Positions 11,268 to 23,602 are shown, numbered from the stretch's first letter. The stretch is 64,000 nucleotides of DNA from an uncultured delta proteobacterium (GCA_963816145.1 CAWFJP010000004.1:32001-96000), one strand, 5' to 3'. The notes: generated from the letters alone by a model not told the origin. A program made the numbers and translations.

Positions 11268-12577
11268 TCATTGGAAGATCGACGCCGTAACGAGGTCGCT
11301 ACCGGTGTCGGATCCCACGGCGAGTTCGACGGCTACCTGGTCGGGCAGCAACTCAGTGAGATTAACGCCGTGCACGGCCGCAGCGAACGTCCATGGACCG
11401 GCCGGATTCGTGCCGCGCGTGAATGTCGCGGCAATATCGACACCGTCCCACTGGCCGATGAAGGTGAAAAGCCTTCCTTGCAGGGACCGCTTGAACTTGC
11501 CCGGCGGGATTCTCAGCTGGTACTTGCCGCCAATATCCAAGTGGACCTCCTCCTTGTCTGGATTGATGCCATCGCTGGTCTTGGGTATGTCCAGCGTGAA
11601 GCGCGCGTCCAGCGCGAAGTTTTTGCGATAGACCAACAGGTGCCGCACCTCCATGCTGTCGAGCGGTGGAAGAACAGTGTTGGCAATGAGCAGCTCTGTC
11701 GGCTTAAACCCCTGAAGCGCCGCTTCCGGCGCGTCAATGGTCCCCCAGGTGGCTGGAAGGGTGACCCGGTTACTGGGCCTCTTGATGCTTATGTTTATCC
11801 TCGTCCTGAGACGCGTCCGGCAAGTCGCCTGCGCCCGTGTCACACTTGTGCTGCACCGTCTCGGTGATCTGGGTGTTGAACGACTTCGTCAAGCTTGTCG
11901 CCGTGAACTTGCACGTCGAGGTACCGGTGCAGGACGACGGCAACGACACCAGGACATCGCCGGTGCCGGCGCCCGGCGTGGCGTTGATCACATCTTGGGC
12001 GACGCGGTCGGAATCACTGATTGCCGGCACACCCGGGATGATCCCCACGGCACGGGCCCCGGCGGCCGCCTTGAGCCCGCTCGCCTCCGCCGTCATCGAG
12101 ATCGTATCGCCGTTGGGGCTGGCGGCCTGGGTCCCGGTGAAGGAGCCGGCCATGTAGACGCCGGCGGGGTAGCCAACGTTTGTTGGTTTGTCCAGGATGA
12201 AGTCGGTCCAATGAGTCGTTGCGACAACCTCCATCCGGCACGGATTCGTCGTAGGTGCAGCCGGCCGTCGCGGTGGCGGTTAACGTCGTAGGGCTGAACG
12301 TGATCTTCTGAAGGGTCCCGGACTGCGAGGCAGTCACCGTCCCGGAGATAGTGAATCCTTTGTAGGTGAAACTCGGGATTGTCAGTGTCGTAGTTCTGGT
12401 GGTGCCGGGAGCCGTCGTTCCTGGCCCTTTCGTATTCGTGGTGGTGGACGCGTCAGATGCGCAGTCCGGCACGCAGAATCTGACTTCCAAGGCCTCCACG
12501 CTCAACGGAACTGCCGAGAGGAAGAGAAGTGTTATAAGAAACAGACTGATATTTGGCCAACGAGTAATTGCCTGCAT
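11268..12577 (-). CDS. Secreted Thr-rich protein with paired cysteines, apparently one gene broken by frameshifts at ~12250 and ~11830
   Basis: SD GGAGG + ATG 12577, signal peptide (..LSVEA), then overlapping ORFs 12014..12670, 11770..12234 and 11268..11843 that read continuously with Cys pairs CVPDC, C..NPC, SCTGTSTC, KCDTG..TC. Confidence 0.55.
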
Positions 12578-12670
12578 TATCGTCCTCCATTCTGTGAACA
12601 TCATCGGTATCTTTGCCCTGTCCGAAGCGATCCCTGGTCGCGGCGTTCCATTTGCCGCGCCCTGACCCAC

Positions 12671-14476
12671 TTAGGGATTTAAGTCGACCGCTCGGATACT
12701 GTTGTTGATCAAATCCGCTATATATAGCAGCTCGCCGCTGGCATCGACAGCGACAGCGACCGGCGAATTGAGCTTCGCCGCAGTCGCCGGGCCGCCATCG
12801 TCTTCGACTGAGTAACCTGCCGTCCCATTCCCGGCCACAGTTGTGATCACTCCCGCGGTAGATACACGCCGGATCCGATGGTTGTCGGTGTCGGCGATGT
12901 AAAGAGTGCCGTCAGACGCGACCGCCAGCCCGGACGGTGATTCGAGCTTCGCGGCAGTTGCCGGGCCGCCATCGCCGCATGGGTCAGTGGAGATAGGACA
13001 GGCATCCCCCGTTCCAGCGACCGTCGTGACGCTGCCGCCGCTGACCTTACGGATCTTGTTGTTGCCCTCGTCAGCGATGTAGACGTTCCCGGAGCTGTCG
13101 ACCGCGACGCCCAACGGTGAGTTGAGCTTAGACCCCGCGACGGGGCCGTCAACATTGCCAGTCTCTCCGGTCCCGGTCCCGGCTACAGCACTTATGATTC
13201 CGGTGCCCGCGGCGACCTTTCGGACCTGCTGATTCATCGTGTCAGCGATGTAGATGTTGCCGGCGGCGTCAACCGCTACGCCCCTTGGATTGAACAGCTC
13301 CGCCTCCGTCGCAGGCCCGACGTTGACGGCGACACCAGAATTGTTCGGCGGTGTCCTGCCCACAGTTACCCCCGCCACCGTGCTGATAATTCCACCCGCG
13401 ACCTTGCGGACGATGTTATTACCCGAGTCAGCGATGAACAGATCTCCGTTCCGCACCGCGACACCGGTCGGACTGTTGAGTTGCGCGCTATCGGCGGCGA
13501 TGCCGTCGCCGTTGTAACCGGCCTCGCCGGTCCCGGCCACTAACGTAATCGTCGGCGCCTCGCCGCTGCTTCGTTTCCACACCCTATGGCTGTTGCGATC
13601 GGCGATGTAGAGGTTCCCGGTGGCGTCGACGGCGACGCCGAAGGGAAAGTTGAGGTTGTCCGCCACGGTGGTGATGCGTGGCGTTAGAGTGAAACTTCCC
13701 GCTTTGACTAATACCCACGAGTTAAAATTAGCGTCCCCTGCGTCAGCGATGGCCAGTTTGATATGGTTCGTCTGGCCGAAATTGACCGGTGCCGTCATTG
13801 TCAGGACCACCGTCAGACCGTCGGCTTGGATGTTGATCGGGCAGCCTGGTTGGCATTCATTATTGATGAAAAACTGCGGATTCTGCGGATTCGTGCCAAT
13901 TGGGTTGCCCCCATTCACGGTGTTGATCGATACGGGAGTCACCCCGTCCGGGAGCACAGCGCGGTTGACCCCGTTGACGAAGAAACCGAACACATCGTTA
14001 AAGCCCGCGTTGGCATACTCGCTATACTCCTCCGATGCAAAGACATATTGAAAGGTGACCGCACTGCCGCTAGGGACGAAGTCGAATTCGAGGACGGCGG
14101 CGTCGTAGGTGGTAAAGCCTGAAATCGTGTTTAGATCCAGATCCCCTGCTGTGTTATAAATATCTGCCCGACTTGGGCTGTCGTTCGGACCGGCCACGGA
14201 CGCCACACTTCCAGAACTCAGGATGGTCCCGCTTTCAAAGCCGATAAGTCCTGTACCGCCAGTAAAGGAGCCGAGGGCCCCAGGGTTGCCTGTGCACGTA
14301 GCGTTAGAAACCGTAATCCCCGGCCCCACTAAATTTTGGGCTAAAGTGGCACAGGTTGCTGGCGTCGTTACGAGCTGGGCGTGAGCTGAAGAAGTCATTG
14401 CACCAATACCGACCAAAGATAACCAGACCCCAAGCAGTCGCAGCGCCAGCGCCCTGATTATTTTGCGTGTCTTCAT
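12671..14476 (-). CDS. Secreted choice-of-anchor L domain + NHL-repeat beta-propeller protein
   Basis: Signal peptide AHA/Q; DAAVLEFDFVP..YVFASEEY..FNDVFGF..HIKLAIADAGD; six P-GVAVD--GNLYIAD--N--IRKV repeats. Confidence 0.85.
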   Translation of the reverse strand: MKTRKIIRALALRLLGVWLSLVGIGAMTSSAHAQLVTTPATCATLAQNLVGPGITVSNATCTGNPGALGSFTGGTGLIGFESGTILSSGSVASVAGPNDSPSRADIYNTAGDLDLNTISGFTTYDAAVLEFDFVPSGSAVTFQYVFASEEYSEYANAGFNDVFGFFVNGVNRAVLPDGVTPVSINTVNGGNPIGTNPQNPQFFINNECQPGCPINIQADGLTVVLTMTAPVNFGQTNHIKLAIADAGDANFNSWVLVKAGSFTLTPRITTVADNLNFPFGVAVDATGNLYIADRNSHRVWKRSSGEAPTITLVAGTGEAGYNGDGIAADSAQLNSPTGVAVRNGDLFIADSGNNIVRKVAGGIISTVAGVTVGRTPPNNSGVAVNVGPATEAELFNPRGVAVDAAGNIYIADTMNQQVRKVAAGTGIISAVAGTGTGETGNVDGPVAGSKLNSPLGVAVDSSGNVYIADEGNNKIRKVSGGSVTTVAGTGDACPISTDPCGDGGPATAAKLESPSGLAVASDGTLYIADTDNHRIRRVSTAGVITTVAGNGTAGYSVEDDGGPATAAKLNSPVAVAVDASGELLYIADLINNSIRAVDLNP

Positions 14477-15424
14477 CTCTTTGCACTCCTTTTTATTAGT
14501 CTCTTTTCTGCCTTACTGTCCTTTCTTGGTCCAGGGTCCCAAGTGGCGGCCAGTGCAGGCAGAGCCGTTTCCAATCATAGAAAGCTAGCGATCAACAAAA
14601 CATGAAACCTATTGAGCGAGTTCCTTTTGATGATGTGTTTCCCTATCGAAGTTCGCACTTGTGTAAGCGATTTTGGCAACATCCATTCCTGCTTACTTTC
14701 GGCCCATTATTATCCTCAATAATAGAAACTTGAATAGAAACTTGGACCGCGACTGCTTCACCTATCTTCCCTTTTCCTATTAGTTCGGTACGGAAAGACC
14801 GCCCGTCTCCCAAACCGCTCTTCCTTAGCCTACGTGCGAAGCCGAACGGCTGTGTAACTCCGCTTTAACGTTTGGCTCTCTTGCCGATAATGAATTCAAG
14901 ACTTAAATCTAGTTTCATCAAACCTCGACGGTCAACGGGGCTCTATTCCAACCGTACCGATTCACTACCGTCGTGCTGACAATCCACGGTCACGAACCAA
15001 CACGATCGCAAGTGGAGGACCACCCGGGAACGATCGCAGTGTCAACTCCCTAAGGTTTTCAGGGTACGCACGAGAGGAGTGATTGGCCGATCTTCACCGT
15101 AATCCACACTTGAATATTCGTTGTGGCCCCTATATCGCCGCCGCAATGGCCCTGTCAACCCCCACCGATCTGCGGCGCCGAGGCGTTTCTAAATAACTTC
15201 TCCAACGGGTTTTCCCGAGCGCCTCTAGCCGGGATGTCATGCACCCATGGTTATCAACTCTACAATTCAACTGTGCGCGACGAATCCCAAACTAAACAAC
15301 CTCGGTCAAGGCAGAATTTCGCTCGGCTAACCACCGCAGCGACACGCAACACCGCCGATCCGCTGCGCGTACAAAGAGCTTTACGTTGAAGAAACATCCA
15401 CCGAACTACCCGCGCATTTAACTA

Positions 15425-15560
15425 CGCACAGTTCATGCCAATAATTGTCATTCATGACTAATGCGAAAAGCATTAATAATTCATTTCATCCACTCGGTAT
15501 ACGGGTTCAGATTAAGATGATGTAAACTTTTGGTTACAGGGCTGTAAACGAAAGGACTCA
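15425..15560 (-). promoter_or_regulatory. Candidate sigma54 promoter with upstream activator palindrome(s)
   Basis: Minus strand TTGGCATGAACTGTGCG (15441-15425; GG-N10-GC); AT-rich spacer; TGTAA-N8-TTACA palindrome at 15521-15538 plus a partial second copy at 15543-15560. Confidence 0.55.
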
Positions 15561-15562
15561 GC

Positions 15563-16120
15563 TTATTTTTCGTCCAACGCAATCACACCGTCCCACGCTT
15601 CGCCGGGCGGATTAGTCTTGTACTCTTCACAAAGCATTAAAAATAGAAGCGCGCCGCGCCGTCGGCCTGCTAGATTTCAAGGCCGCGATGAAGCTTTGCT
15701 TCCGCTTCATCTCATGATCGCCGCTTAAACACACTCAGGGCCGCAGCGAAAAGCTGGTAGGATTGTTGGTGCCGGTCGTCATTGCCCTCGAGACTGCCCA
15801 ATAGTTCGTGCACGACTATAGGCAGTGCCTTACCTTTAGGCATTAGGGTGCCCACTTCGCGGGCAGCCAGTCTAGCTTCACCAGACCAGCGCCTCGGTTC
15901 CCAAGTAGTCATTGAGGCTGTCCAGCCGCGAGGCCGTGTTGACCGTATCGCCGGTGGGTGCCAGCCGCCTAACTGATTGCCCGAGCGAACAACTTATCGT
16001 CCTCAGCGACTCGGGGCTCCAGGGAATGCACGTCGAAAGTCACGATAACAGCGCCCTGTGCGGATAAAATGTTGACTAAGCGCGCGTGCAGCGAGCGCGG
16101 CCACTTTTCGGAATTCTCAG
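15563..16120 (-). pseudogene. Internally deleted CHASE2-cyclase remnant
   Basis: CHASE2-like WPRSLHARLV..GA..TFD..EP..EDD.LFA.AI abuts cyclase GDTVNTASRLDSLN..KGK and C-terminal WDGVIALDEK*; internal stops and frameshifts. Confidence 0.75.
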
Positions 16121-16252
16121 CAACGCCAAGTTGGTGCAGGCGAGCGGGCAATCCCGGCCAACACCCGCTGATTGCGCAGTGCGCGGCATTTGCCGCTGAT
16201 TTCGTTCATTGCGCAGGCATGGTAGTAGTATCTAAGGAATGAGGATTCGACC

Positions 16253-17161
16253 GTGGAATCGCTAATCCAACAATACGCCGCGCACCTGCGCAATGAGCGC
16301 AACCTGTCGGCGCACACGTTGCGCAATTACCTGAGCGACTTGGCGCAGTTCCAAAGTTTTCTGCGCGAGCGGGAGCTGGCGCTCGATGCCGACGGTGCGG
16401 TCGTTGCCGGCAAAGTCGATATTCACGTGGTGCGAGCCTACCTGGCTTCGCTGGCGGCGGATCGCAAGAAGAGTTCCATCGGCCGCAAGCTGGCGGCGTT
16501 GAAAGGCTTCTTTCGCTACCTGGTGACGACCAAGCGGCTCGACCATGATCCGCTGCTGTTGATCAACTCGCCGAAGCAGGAAAAGCCGCTGCCCAAGTTT
16601 CTCACCGTCGACGACGCGTTTCATTTACTCGATGCGGTGAAGCTTGAGAATGGCCTTGATCTGCGCGATCGCGCCGTGTTGGAAGTATTTTATTCCACCG
16701 GGATTCGCGTCAGCGAGCTGGTCGGACTTGACTGGGCCGATATCGACGTCCAATTGGGCATCGTCCGTGTGGTCGGCAAAGGTTCAAAGGAGCGCATCGT
16801 GCCGATCGGCGCGCTGGCGCTGAAATCTTTAGAATCCTATGGTGACTCGGTGCGCCAGCAGTGGCAGGTGTCCTGTCGCGGCGAAACACCGGTGTTTCTC
16901 AACCATCGCGGCCGGCGTATCACGACGCGTAGCGTCGCGCGCATCGTCGAGAAACATCTAAAGCTGGCGGGCATTCAAATCAAAATGGGCCCCCATGGCC
17001 TGCGCCATAGCTTCGCCACTCATTTACTCAACGGTGGCGCCGACCTGAGAGTGATTCAGGAGCTGCTCGGTCATGTCAGCCTATCGACGACGCAGCGCTA
17101 TACCCACTTGAACTTGGATCAACTGACCGCGGTGTACGACAAGGCGCATCCGCGGGCGTGA
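16253..17161 (+). CDS. xerC: Tyrosine recombinase XerC
   Basis: Catalytic R-K-HxxR-H-Y: TGIRVSEL, GKGSKER, HGLRHSFATHLL, QELLGH, STTQRY; C-terminal HPRA; precedes hslVU. Confidence 0.93.
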   Translation: MESLIQQYAAHLRNERNLSAHTLRNYLSDLAQFQSFLRERELALDADGAVVAGKVDIHVVRAYLASLAADRKKSSIGRKLAALKGFFRYLVTTKRLDHDPLLLINSPKQEKPLPKFLTVDDAFHLLDAVKLENGLDLRDRAVLEVFYSTGIRVSELVGLDWADIDVQLGIVRVVGKGSKERIVPIGALALKSLESYGDSVRQQWQVSCRGETPVFLNHRGRRITTRSVARIVEKHLKLAGIQIKMGPHGLRHSFATHLLNGGADLRVIQELLGHVSLSTTQRYTHLNLDQLTAVYDKAHPRA

Positions 17162-17166
17162 AGGAG

Positions 17167-17250
17167 TAGGCAATAGCCAACAGGCATTAGGCAATAGTTC
17201 AAAACTCCGAGCGAAGTCATTTCTTAACTGGTGCCTAGTGCCTGTTGCCT
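17167..17250. repeat. Inverted pair of short AGGCAAT-like heptamer arrays
   Basis: AGCCAACAGGCATTAGGCA (17175-17193) vs TGCCTAGTGCCTGTTGCCT (17232-17250), 17/19 inverted. Confidence 0.7.
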
Positions 17251-17264
17251 AAAGGATTTCAAGA

Positions 17265-17795
17265 ATGTTTGAAGGAACGACAATCTTAGCGATACGCCAT
17301 GGCGGTAAAGTGGTCGTCGTCGGCGACGGGCAGGTGAGTTTGGGGCAGACCGTGATGAAACATAGCGCGCGCAAGGTGCGCAAGCTGTATCACGACAAGG
17401 TGATCGCCGGTTTCGCCGGCGCGACGGCGGATGCGTTCACGCTGTTCGAGAAGTTCGAGGCCAAGCTCGAACAATACAATGGCAATCTGAAGCGCGCCGC
17501 GGTGGAGCTGGCTAAAGACTGGCGCACGGATCGGATTCTGCGCCGGCTCGAGGCCTTGCTGATCATCGCCGACGTGAGCGATTTGCTAGTGATCTCCGGC
17601 GCTGGCGACGTCATCGAACCGGATGACGGCGTGATCGCCATCGGCTCGGGTGGCAACTATGCGCTGGCGGCGGCGCGGGTGTTGGTCAAACATACTCAGC
17701 TCGACGCGCGCGTGATTGCCGAAGAGGCGATGCGAGTGGCCGCAGGTATCTGTGTTTACACCAACGAGCACCTGACCTTCGAAGAGCTGCCGTAG
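17265..17795 (+). CDS. hslV: ATP-dependent protease subunit HslV
   Basis: N-terminal TTI catalytic Thr, [23 protein letters not shown]. Confidence 0.98.
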   Translation: MFEGTTILAIRHGGKVVVVGDGQVSLGQTVMKHSARKVRKLYHDKVIAGFAGATADAFTLFEKFEAKLEQYNGNLKRAAVELAKDWRTDRILRRLEALLIIADVSDLLVISGAGDVIEPDDGVIAIGSGGNYALAAARVLVKHTQLDARVIAEEAMRVAAGICVYTNEHLTFEELP

Positions 17796-17953
17796 TTCCT
17801 CTCGGTGCGAGAAACTACGAATTTCAGATTTCATATTGCAAATTCCAAAGCGCGAACGCGGCAGCCAGACGAGCGGTTCAGCACTGCGAGACGGGCTTCT
17901 CGCAGGGGAAATCATTGCATTTCCTGGCGGAATTGTTAGGAGTGTTTATTCCT

Positions 17954-19333
17954 ATGAATGACGTTGCAAAATTGCCCGCCGATGCTGGAACTTCACCGGC
18001 GCCAGTGATGACACCGCGCGAGATCGTTTCGGAACTCGACCGCTATATCGTCGGGCAAAAGGACGCGAAACGGGCGGTAGCCATTGCGCTGCGCAACCGC
18101 TGGCGGCGCCAGTTGGTGCCGGAGGACCTGCGCGACGAGATCGCGCCGAAGAACATCATCATGATCGGCCCGACCGGCGTGGGCAAAACCGAAATTTCCC
18201 GCCGCTTGGCGAAGCTCGCCCAGGCGCCGTTTATCAAGGTTGAAGCTTCGAAGTTCACCGAGGTGGGCTATGTCGGCCGCGATGTCGAGTCGATCATCCG
18301 CGACTTGACCGATCTCGCCGTCAACATGGTGAAAGAGGAAGAAAAGCAGAAGGTCGAGATCAAGGCGCGCGAAGTCGCCGAGGAGCGAGTGCTCGATTTG
18401 CTGCTGCCGGCGGGAACGCCGGTCGACGGCGAAGCGATCGACGCGGTTCGTCTGCAAGGAACCCGCGACAAACTCAAGAAAATGCTCCGCGACGGCAAGA
18501 TGGACGACCGCTTCGTCGAGATCGAAATGTCGCAGTCGATGATGCCGATGATCGAAGTGCTGACGCCTCAGGGCATGGAAGGCATGGAGTTCAATCTCAA
18601 AGACATGTTTTCCAACATGATGCCCAAGAAGACCAAGAAGAAGACCGTCAAGATTCCCGAGGCGCTGGAGATTCTCACCCAGGAAGAAGCGGCGAAGCTG
18701 GTCGACATGGATAAGGTTACCGGCGAAGCGACCCGGCGCGTCGAGCAGTCCGGCATCGTCTTTCTCGACGAGATCGACAAGATCGCCGGCCGTGAGTCGA
18801 TGCATGGCCCGGATGTCTCGCGCCAAGGCGTGCAGCGCGATCTCTTGCCGATCGTCGAAGGCTGTACGGTCAACACCAAATACGGCTTGGTGCGCACCGA
18901 CCATATTTTGTTCGTTGCTTCCGGGGCGTTTCACACCGCCAAGCCGTCGGACTTGATTCCCGAGTTCCAGGGGCGCTTCCCGATTCGCGTGGAGCTGAGT
19001 TCCCTGGGCAAGGCCGACTTCGTGCGCATCCTCACCGAGCCGAAGAACGCGCTGATCAAGCAGTACGAAGCACTGCTTGAAACCGAAGGCGTGCATCTCA
19101 AGTTTGCCGACGATGCGGTGCAGGAGATCGCCGCCATCGCCGCCGACGTCAACGAGCGGATGGAAAATATCGGCGCGCGCCGGCTGCATACGATTCTCGA
19201 AAGGCTCCTCGACGAAGTCTCTTTTGCCGCGCCGGAAATGCACGGCCAGGAAGTCGCCATCGACGCGGCTTACGTGCGCGAGCGGCTGGCGCCGATCTTG
19301 ATGAGCGAGGATTTGTCGCGCTATATCCTCTAA
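17954..19333 (+). CDS. hslU: ATP-dependent protease ATPase subunit HslU
   Basis: [43 protein letters not shown]. Confidence 0.98.
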   Translation: MNDVAKLPADAGTSPAPVMTPREIVSELDRYIVGQKDAKRAVAIALRNRWRRQLVPEDLRDEIAPKNIIMIGPTGVGKTEISRRLAKLAQAPFIKVEASKFTEVGYVGRDVESIIRDLTDLAVNMVKEEEKQKVEIKAREVAEERVLDLLLPAGTPVDGEAIDAVRLQGTRDKLKKMLRDGKMDDRFVEIEMSQSMMPMIEVLTPQGMEGMEFNLKDMFSNMMPKKTKKKTVKIPEALEILTQEEAAKLVDMDKVTGEATRRVEQSGIVFLDEIDKIAGRESMHGPDVSRQGVQRDLLPIVEGCTVNTKYGLVRTDHILFVASGAFHTAKPSDLIPEFQGRFPIRVELSSLGKADFVRILTEPKNALIKQYEALLETEGVHLKFADDAVQEIAAIAADVNERMENIGARRLHTILERLLDEVSFAAPEMHGQEVAIDAAYVRERLAPILMSEDLSRYIL

Positions 19334-19338
19334 ATTAA

Positions 19339-20232
<894 letters not shown>

Positions 20233-21420
20233 ATGAAGAACAAAGACGTGGCTGCGCTGACCGATAAATTCGTCGCCAAGACCTACGCGCGCACACCGCT
20301 GGCGCTGGTCAAAGGCCGGGGCGTCAAGGTGTGGGACGCCGACGGCAAGGAGTATCTCGACTTTCTCGCCGGCATCGCGGTCAATAGTTTCGGCCATTGC
20401 CATCCGGCGATCGTCAAGGCGATCAAACAGCAGGCGCAAACTTTGATGCATGTGTCCAATCTCTACCACATGCAGCCGCAATCGGAGCTCGCCCGCGAAC
20501 TGTGCCGCAACTCGTTCGCCGACCGGGTGTTCTTTTGCAACAGCGGCGCCGAGGCTAACGAAGCGGCGTTCAAGCTGGCGCGCCGCTATGGCCAGGAGAA
20601 GCTCGGCGGCAAGTATGAAATCATCTCGACGCATAACTCGTTTCATGGCCGCACGCTGGCGACTCTGACCGCCACGGGGCAAGAGAAGGTCCGCGCCGGC
20701 TATGATCCTCTGCCCGCCGGCTTTCGCCAGGTGCCGTACAACAAGCTCGACGCCATGGAAGCGGCCATCGACGAGAAAAAAACCGTGGCGATCTTGATCG
20801 AACCGATCCAGGCCGAGGGCGGCGTCATCGTGCCCAATGAGACTTACATGTTGGGCCTGCGCGAGATCTGTGATCAGCGGCGCATTCTGTTGATCTTCGA
20901 TGAAGTGCAGACCGGCATGGGCCGCACCGGCAAGCTTTTCGGTTACGAGAACTTCGGCGTCAAACCCGATATCATGACCTTGGCCAAGGCGCTTGGCGGC
21001 GGTTTGCCGCTCGGTGCGATGTTGGCGCGCGAAGAGGTTGCTAACAGCTTTGGCCCGGGGAGTCATGCATCGACGTTCGGCGGCAATCCGGTCGCTTGCG
21101 CCGCCGGGTTGGCAGTGATGCAGTTGCTCAAGAGCGGCGCGTTGAAGAACTGCGTGCAGATGGGCAAATATTTCGTCAAAGGGCTCGAAGCGTTGAAAAA
21201 GCGTTTTCCGTTTATTCGCGAGATTCGCGGCAAGGGGCTGCTCATCGGCGTCGAGCTTGAAATGGAAGGCAGCAAAATCGTCGACGCTTGCATGCTCGAA
21301 GGGTTGCTGATGAACTGCACGGCGGCCAAAGTGTTGCGCTTCGTGCCGCCGCTGACCATCAAGAAAAATGAAATCGACCGCGGCTTATCGATCCTGGAAA
21401 AAGTGCTGGCTCGCCAATAG
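20233..21420 (+). CDS. argD: Acetylornithine aminotransferase
   Basis: NSGAEANEAA, FHGRT, DEVQTG, AKALGGG, HASTFGGNP. Confidence 0.96.
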   Translation: MKNKDVAALTDKFVAKTYARTPLALVKGRGVKVWDADGKEYLDFLAGIAVNSFGHCHPAIVKAIKQQAQTLMHVSNLYHMQPQSELARELCRNSFADRVFFCNSGAEANEAAFKLARRYGQEKLGGKYEIISTHNSFHGRTLATLTATGQEKVRAGYDPLPAGFRQVPYNKLDAMEAAIDEKKTVAILIEPIQAEGGVIVPNETYMLGLREICDQRRILLIFDEVQTGMGRTGKLFGYENFGVKPDIMTLAKALGGGLPLGAMLAREEVANSFGPGSHASTFGGNPVACAAGLAVMQLLKSGALKNCVQMGKYFVKGLEALKKRFPFIREIRGKGLLIGVELEMEGSKIVDACMLEGLLMNCTAAKVLRFVPPLTIKKNEIDRGLSILEKVLARQ

Positions 21421-21440
21421 CATTTAGAATCATTAATTCG

Positions 21441-22406
21441 ATGAACAAACGCGACCTGCTAAATTTCGACGGCATGAGCCGCCGGGAGTTCGACGGCATA
21501 TTGCGAATTGCCGGTGAATTGAAGCGAAAACAGCAGCGCGGTATCTCGCATGCGTTACTGGCCGGCAAGCAGCTCGCATTGGTTTTTGAGAAACCGAGTC
21601 TGCGCACGCGCTCGACCTTCGCCGTCGGCATCACACAGTTAGGCGGCAGCGCCGTTTACTTAGGACCCGCCGAGGTTGGCTTAGGCACGCGGGAAACTCC
21701 GGCGGACTGTGCACGTAATCTCGATCGCTGGTTCGATCTGATCACCGTGCGCACTTTCGGGCATAAGATTATCGAAGAAATGGCCGAGTACTCCGCGGTG
21801 CCGGTGATCAATTCACTAACCGATTCGTACCACCCCTGCCAGGTGTTGGCCGACTGCCAGACGTTGATCGAACATAAGGGCGTGCTCGAGGGACTCAACA
21901 TTACCTTTATCGGCGACGGCAACAATATGGTTCATTCATGGTTGGAAGCCGCCGCAATTGTACCTTTCTCATTCAGATGGGCTGGTCCCAAGGGCTACGA
22001 ACCCGATCCGTCGATCGTCCAAAAAGCGCGCAGCCAAGGAGCAAAGATTATCTTAACCGATTCCGTCGAAGACGCGGTGGCTGATGCAGATGCGATCTAT
22101 ACCGATGTCTGGACCAGCATGGGTCAAGAGAACGAAGTTCAAGATCGCTTGAGGGCGTTTCGCGCTTACCAAGTTAACAATCGGGTGGTTAGCTTGGCCA
22201 AAAGCGACGCCGTTGTGATGCATTGTTTACCAGCGCATCGCGGCGAGGAAATTACCGACGAAGTCTTGGAAAGCTCGCAGTGCGTCGCCTTCGATCAAGC
22301 GGAGAATCGCCTCCATGCGCAGAAGGCCGTGATGGTCTGGCTGCTAAATGGGTTCAAAGGTTCAATCAAGAAAACCGCAAGCAGAGGTCCGAAGAAATCC
22401 AGATGA
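21441..22406 (+). CDS. argF: Ornithine carbamoyltransferase
   Basis: [29 protein letters not shown]. Confidence 0.96.
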   Translation: MNKRDLLNFDGMSRREFDGILRIAGELKRKQQRGISHALLAGKQLALVFEKPSLRTRSTFAVGITQLGGSAVYLGPAEVGLGTRETPADCARNLDRWFDLITVRTFGHKIIEEMAEYSAVPVINSLTDSYHPCQVLADCQTLIEHKGVLEGLNITFIGDGNNMVHSWLEAAAIVPFSFRWAGPKGYEPDPSIVQKARSQGAKIILTDSVEDAVADADAIYTDVWTSMGQENEVQDRLRAFRAYQVNNRVVSLAKSDAVVMHCLPAHRGEEITDEVLESSQCVAFDQAENRLHAQKAVMVWLLNGFKGSIKKTASRGPKKSR

Positions 22407-23602
22407 ACGTCAAGAAAGTAGTATTGGCTTACTCCGGCGGGTTGGATACGTCGGTGATTTTACGCTGGCTCAAAGAAGAATACGGTTGCGAAGTTATCGC
22501 CTTCTGCGCTGACCTCGGCCAGGGCGAAGATCTCCAAGCGGTGCGCAAGAAAGCGATTCAGACCGGCGCGAGCAAAGTCGTGATCGGCGACCTGCGCGAG
22601 GAGTTCGTCAAGAATTACGTTTTCCCGATGCTGCGCGCCAATGCGGTGTACGAAGGTTCCTATTTGTTGGGTACCTCGATTGCCCGGCCGCTGATCGCCA
22701 AAGGCCAAATCGATGTCGCCGTGCGGGAAAAAGCCGACGCGGTCTCCCATGGCGCCACCGGCAAGGGCAACGATCAAGTGCGCTTCGAGCTCACTTACTA
22801 TGCGCTCAAGCCGGGCATCAAAGTCATCGCGCCCTGGCGCGAGTGGAACTTGAATGCGCGCTCGACCTTGATCGACTATGCGCGCAAGCATGGCATCCCG
22901 GTGCCGGTCACCAAGGCCAAACCCTACAGCACCGATCGAAACCTATTTCACATCAGTTACGAAGGCGGCATTCTGGAAGATCCTTGGAAAGAGCCGCCTG
23001 CAGACATGTTTGTTTGGTGCCGGCCGGTGGAGAAGGCGCCCAACCGCGCCGAATATATCGAGATCGACTATGTGCGCGGTGATCCGGTGGCGCTCAACGG
23101 CAAAAAACACTCGCCGGCAAATCTGTTGGCGCGCTTGAACGATATCGGCGCCAAGCATGGCATCGGCCGGGTCGATGTGGTCGAGAACCGTTATGTCGGC
23201 ATGAAGTCGCGCGGCGTTTATGAAACCCCTGGTGGCACGATTCTCCATGGGGCCCATCGCGGCGTGGAGTCGATCACCATGGACCGTGAGGTTTTGCGCT
23301 TGCGGGATTCGCTGATCCCGCGCTACGCCGAGATGATCTACTACGGCTACTGGTTTGCGCCGGAGCGCGAGGTGCTGCAAAAAACCATCGATGCCGCCCA
23401 GGCCAACGTCACCGGACGGGTGCGCGTCAAGTTGTACAAGGGCAACGTCATGGTCGTCGGCCGCAAGGCCGATGCCTCGCTTTACGATTCCAACGTGGCG
23501 ACCTTCGAGGCCGATCAAGTTTACCGCCAGGCGGATGCCGAAGGGTTTATTCGTTTGAATGCGCTTCGTTTGCGGTTACGGAAACTTGCCAAGGCGAAAT
23601 AA
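22403..23602 (+). CDS. argG: Argininosuccinate synthase
   Basis: [33 protein letters not shown]; ATGA overlap with the argF stop. Confidence 0.98.
   Translation: MNVKKVVLAYSGGLDTSVILRWLKEEYGCEVIAFCADLGQGEDLQAVRKKAIQTGASKVVIGDLREEFVKNYVFPMLRANAVYEGSYLLGTSIARPLIAKGQIDVAVREKADAVSHGATGKGNDQVRFELTYYALKPGIKVIAPWREWNLNARSTLIDYARKHGIPVPVTKAKPYSTDRNLFHISYEGGILEDPWKEPPADMFVWCRPVEKAPNRAEYIEIDYVRGDPVALNGKKHSPANLLARLNDIGAKHGIGRVDVVENRYVGMKSRGVYETPGGTILHGAHRGVESITMDREVLRLRDSLIPRYAEMIYYGYWFAPEREVLQKTIDAAQANVTGRVRVKLYKGNVMVVGRKADASLYDSNVATFEADQVYRQADAEGFIRLNALRLRLRKLAKAK

Noticed and set aside
14760-15120. Possible c-di-GMP or other riboswitch upstream of the NHL gene
   Set aside because: I could not match the consensus elements by eye; needs an Rfam scan.
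16253-17161. Tyrosine recombinase as the island integrase
   Set aside because: Sequence and the xerC-hslVU context indicate housekeeping XerC.
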